Source of the DNA: an uncultured Nitrospiraceae bacterium
Lineage (GTDB): Bacteria; Nitrospirota; Thermodesulfovibrionia; Thermodesulfovibrionales; SM23-35
Direction: 5' to 3'
Assembly: GCA_963727775.1 (NCBI GenBank)
Contig: CAVSHB010000001.1
Location: forward strand, 1,088,001 to 1,152,000
Length of the DNA stretch: 64,000 bases
Numbering within the stretch: position 1 is the stretch's first letter; each line of letters opens with the position of its first letter. The translations under genes and the position numbers were made by a program. Of the stretch, positions 60,731 through 64,000 are shown in pieces. Below the pieces are notes generated by a model. The model was given only the letters and a program-made list of their open reading frames with translations, had not been told where the DNA came from and searched no databases.

Positions 60731-61492
60731 TTATTGTTTCTCGTTGAATAGTGGCTTGATTTCTCTTTTAATTAACTTTTTGTACGTATCGGGAGAGAAC
60801 GGAACTTCTAAGCCGACATGATCGAGCAGTTCCATTTGTTGCTGATAGGTGAGCTTACTAAATACTGTTTCCCAAAATAATACCAATATAAGCTTTAATT
60901 TACCTTGCTTGTGTTTACTGATGGGCGGTTCACTTTTTATCGCATCCCCCAGTTTTTCAAAAAAAATGGAGTCACCAATAAGCATTTCTTGAAATATTAC
61001 TTCTCTAAACCATTCATGATCAAAAAGCGTTTTATCATATCTAAGAAGTTTGAATAGTGATTCTTCATTTCCTTCCCGTACTTCTTGATAAAGTTCTATT
61101 AGGGATTTCTTTTCAAGTAATTTGCAGATGAAGTTTAAAAATTGGAAAGTCGAAAAAATACGCGTCTCCGGTGTCACCCCTTTTTCCATTTCACCTTCAA
61201 ATATATCCTGTTCATTTATAGCAGTTGAGATATCAGGGATATTCTGGCTACTCAGGGAGGTAAATATATCCATGAATTGTGTGAGCTGTTCATCTTCAAT
61301 ATTAACCCTTTCCTCTTCACTGTAAAAAGGTTTAAAGCTTTTAATGGAACTATTTTTTATTTGTTCAATAAAGTCCTTGGATGCTTCTTCACCGGGGTCG
61401 TCGATATCTTCAAGACCTTCAAGAAAGCCTTTTATAATCGCCGCTAAGACAGGATCAACTTTTTGTTTCCGTGAGACCTGTTTTCTTTTCAT
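60731..61492 (-). CDS. Hypothetical protein of the element
   Basis: 253-aa ORF with no recognised motif. Confidence 0.7.
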   Translation of the reverse strand: MKRKQVSRKQKVDPVLAAIIKGFLEGLEDIDDPGEEASKDFIEQIKNSSIKSFKPFYSEEERVNIEDEQLTQFMDIFTSLSSQNIPDISTAINEQDIFEGEMEKGVTPETRIFSTFQFLNFICKLLEKKSLIELYQEVREGNEESLFKLLRYDKTLFDHEWFREVIFQEMLIGDSIFFEKLGDAIKSEPPISKHKQGKLKLILVLFWETVFSKLTYQQQMELLDHVGLEVPFSPDTYKKLIKREIKPLFNEKQ

Positions 61493-61692
61493 GCAACATT
61501 ATAGCAAATCTTTTTCTGATTCCACGTTGCGAACTTCACCTACAAGTTAGTACAGTCAAGAAGATACACAACCTGAAGATTTCCGTTATAAATGAACAGA
61601 TAACGTTTCTTGTCCAAAAGAAGCAAAAAGGGTTTTAATAGTTGTCTTTTGCGCTATGTTAACCGTTCATAGCATACAATAAATAAAACCTG

Positions 61693-62649
61693 TCACCTAA
61701 AAATACTGTCTATCATGGATTGACAACAAGTAGGGAACTTTATCTTTACGGTATCAATAAGAGCGTCCAGACCAGTATTACGATCAATCGAAATTTCCGT
61801 TGTAATATATTTAGACCAAACTGTTTCAAAATATTTTGAATATGAGGTATACACATCAATTCCTCTTTCATAACGAGCTACTGGACCTAAATCATTACCT
61901 CTTTGACTTTCATAATAGGATAGAAATAAGTTACTATCATTGGGTAATTCCATACGGAAAAGTAATATCTCGTTATGAAATCGAAATGCAAAGCTATATC
62001 TATCATGTATTTTACATAATCTGTATGCCTTATATATATTCTCAATTATTTCTATTCTTAAATCATCTGATGTTTTATTTTCATGATAATTTTTCATTTG
62101 TGTTGATCTGTGATCTAAATTAATCTGATCCGTGGGATTCAAAAGCAACAAGAGTATTGAGAATGGTGTTCTGTCATTTGCTATATCTTCCCGTATTAAT
62201 CTTTTATTCAAAAGGTAATTTGCTGAAATGGACATGAATTTTAAAGTTGACGAAATTTTCATGTAAGAAACATAATGATCTTCAAATTGTTTTTCCGCTC
62301 CCCAATAAATATACGCAGGTGATAATAAATTTCTTGCTGATCTAAATTTATTAAATTCATCAGATACATTTTTGGTAACCATCGTAGAAACATCTTCAGA
62401 CAAAGTTTTTTCGATGGTTTTGTTTTGGATTTTTTGTATAAAAGCAGTCACAAATATAGCACTGCCTGTGGATAATAAGATTGAGGCGATAAATGTGTCT
62501 TTAAAAATTAAGTACCAAGATAAACCCAAAAAAATGATTAGCAAAGCAGAGATGGTAGCTCTTTGCCAATAAATTATTGTACGGCCATCTTTAAGCTCTT
62601 TTTTAGCTCCCTCATTTCTTTCTGGTAAAGTCGCATTATTATTTGACAT
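61693..62649 (-). CDS. 2TM membrane protein with a PLD-like/DUF5919-like C-terminal domain
   Basis: Two adjacent hydrophobic helices (aa ~30-72), then LLLLNP.....R, FLSYY and Y..YFETVW patterns; no HKD motif. Confidence 0.6.
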   Translation of the reverse strand: MSNNNATLPERNEGAKKELKDGRTIIYWQRATISALLIIFLGLSWYLIFKDTFIASILLSTGSAIFVTAFIQKIQNKTIEKTLSEDVSTMVTKNVSDEFNKFRSARNLLSPAYIYWGAEKQFEDHYVSYMKISSTLKFMSISANYLLNKRLIREDIANDRTPFSILLLLLNPTDQINLDHRSTQMKNYHENKTSDDLRIEIIENIYKAYRLCKIHDRYSFAFRFHNEILLFRMELPNDSNLFLSYYESQRGNDLGPVARYERGIDVYTSYSKYFETVWSKYITTEISIDRNTGLDALIDTVKIKFPTCCQSMIDSIFR

Positions 62650-62654
62650 GAGTT

Positions 62655-63989
62655 CTATCCCTCCAAAAAAGGATTATACTTAACCGATCCCGTTTCTTTA
62701 GAAATGAAATTGTATGTTTTTTTTAGCAAATCTAACCCATTCGAGCCTAATGAGTCGGGCAAGCAAACTGGTTGAAGGTGATTATAATGATCATAATTAT
62801 TATCTATTATTTTCACACCTACTTTATTTGTATTCTCATAAAGTTTTGTTCCACGATGGGGGGTAAAAAAACCTAATAGGGGAATAATATTGGGAAAGGA
62901 GCAAAGTTTAATGATAAATAAAGCCTTGCTATCGAGGCTTTCAAGTGTTTCGCCAGGAGTTCCTAAAATAAAATTCAGATTAATTCTAAATCCCAAATCT
63001 GTTGCATGTTCCAAAATATTGTCAATGTTCTCTAGAGCATGTAAGATACCAAATTTATTCAATGTCTTCAATTGTTGAGCATCGTTCGATTCAATTCCGA
63101 AACTCAATTCTCTGAAGCCTGCTTTATGCATAACTTCAAGATATTCATAATCGATCAAATCAATTCTTGTTTTACCTCCAAAATTAACCGGGAATTTCTC
63201 ATGTGATAAAGCTTCACAAAGTTTTTTAAAATAGACTTTATCAAGAGATAATGTGTCATCTCCAAATGAGATTTGTGATGGCGAAAATAGATTTACAATT
63301 GTTTCAATTTCTTTTAATACACGTTCACTCGAACATTTCCGATGTTTTTGCCCCCAGTGTGAATTGAGAGTACAAAAGTCACAACTATAACTGCATCCCC
63401 TGCTTGCAAAAACATAATAACGAGTCTCGTATTTTTTATATATGTTGATAGGGATTCTATCATATAACGTTTGGGGTAGATCATTTAGGTCTTGAATAAG
63501 ATCTCTGTGAGGATTTGATATGATATTTCCATTACTTCTGAAAGATATGCCTTTGACTGTCTCGTAGTTGTTACCTGTTTTTATTTTTTTTAATACTTCA
63601 ACAAAAGATCGTTCTCCTTCTCCTCTAAAAACAATGTCAATAAACTGAAAGTTCTTTAATACCCACTGATCATTAGCTGCTGGGAAAAGGCCGCCAAGCA
63701 TAGTAATACAACTTTTTTCTTTGAAAAATTTTAAAATATTTAAAGCATTGTTAAAGTTACATGAAACTGCTGTACTGAGAACTATGTCAGGTCTATATTT
63801 GTTGAAAATTGAGTCAAATGAATTACTTGTTCTTTCAACATGATCTATTTCTAACGAATGGTAAAAAAAGTCAACGTCGTCTAAGCGAGGTTTAGCGTAG
63901 GAATAAAGCGCTAAAAAAGTCATTGGTAAGGACATGTTTATCCTTACAGGATTGTTAACCCTTGGTTCTACGAAAAGTACTTTTATCAT
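62655..63989 (-). CDS. Cobalamin-binding (class B-like) radical SAM protein
   Basis: N-terminal KVLFVEP / LGGLFP / RGEGE B12-binding pattern, ASRGCSYSCDFC, GDDTL, SFGIES, FILGTPGET, FTPHRGT. Confidence 0.9.
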   Translation of the reverse strand: MIKVLFVEPRVNNPVRINMSLPMTFLALYSYAKPRLDDVDFFYHSLEIDHVERTSNSFDSIFNKYRPDIVLSTAVSCNFNNALNILKFFKEKSCITMLGGLFPAANDQWVLKNFQFIDIVFRGEGERSFVEVLKKIKTGNNYETVKGISFRSNGNIISNPHRDLIQDLNDLPQTLYDRIPINIYKKYETRYYVFASRGCSYSCDFCTLNSHWGQKHRKCSSERVLKEIETIVNLFSPSQISFGDDTLSLDKVYFKKLCEALSHEKFPVNFGGKTRIDLIDYEYLEVMHKAGFRELSFGIESNDAQQLKTLNKFGILHALENIDNILEHATDLGFRINLNFILGTPGETLESLDSKALFIIKLCSFPNIIPLLGFFTPHRGTKLYENTNKVGVKIIDNNYDHYNHLQPVCLPDSLGSNGLDLLKKTYNFISKETGSVKYNPFLEG

Positions 63990-64000
63990 TCATTCCTTAA

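Larger units (their letters stand above)
57771..64000 (-). mobile_element. Integrated rolling-circle-type element (int-xis-rep plus cargo), right end outside the window
   Basis: Integrase abuts tRNA-Leu, followed by an excisionase-like HTH, a gene II/X-type Rep and AT-rich cargo. Confidence 0.8.

Noticed and set aside
61598..61663. TAAC...GTTA segment with an internal CAAAAGA/TCTTTTG stem as an attC
   Set aside because: Spacer lengths and L boxes do not fit attC geometry on either strand.

Overview
Bacterial chromosomal segment. Gene content and style suggest an anaerobic Nitrospirota/Desulfobacterota-like organism (inference only). Housekeeping genes: tgt, glnA-GATase-glnE with divergent P-II, der, ridA, leuC, a two-subunit biotin carboxylase, uup, engB, dcd, mnmD, uvrA, yacG, dapB, a P-type ATPase and several PAS/GAF sensor kinases. 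Accessory DNA is interleaved: (i) a decayed tRNA-Leu 3' half upstream of tgt, a likely island scar; (ii) a DUF559 relic between palindromic repeats; (iii) an integrase-less integron cassette array (attI-like site, one canonical attC, one decayed attC) carrying a toxin-antitoxin pair and a TIR stub; (iv) three IS elements (IS1380, ISNCY/IS5-like, and an IS200/IS605 that splits apbE); (v) a hidden probable selenoprotein (DUF1573-like, in-frame UGA in a PS-U-GC motif with a bSECIS-like hairpin) that the ORF track truncates; (vi) at the right end, a minimal integrative rolling-circle element (integrase, excisionase, gene II/X-type Rep with an origin-like hairpin) on the 5' side of tRNA-Leu(TAA). 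The element's AT-rich cargo is a B12-binding radical SAM enzyme coupled to a 2TM + PLD-like/DUF5919-like protein, the best candidate here for an undescribed, possibly anti-phage, system. All family assignments come from motif recognition by eye; no database search was run.
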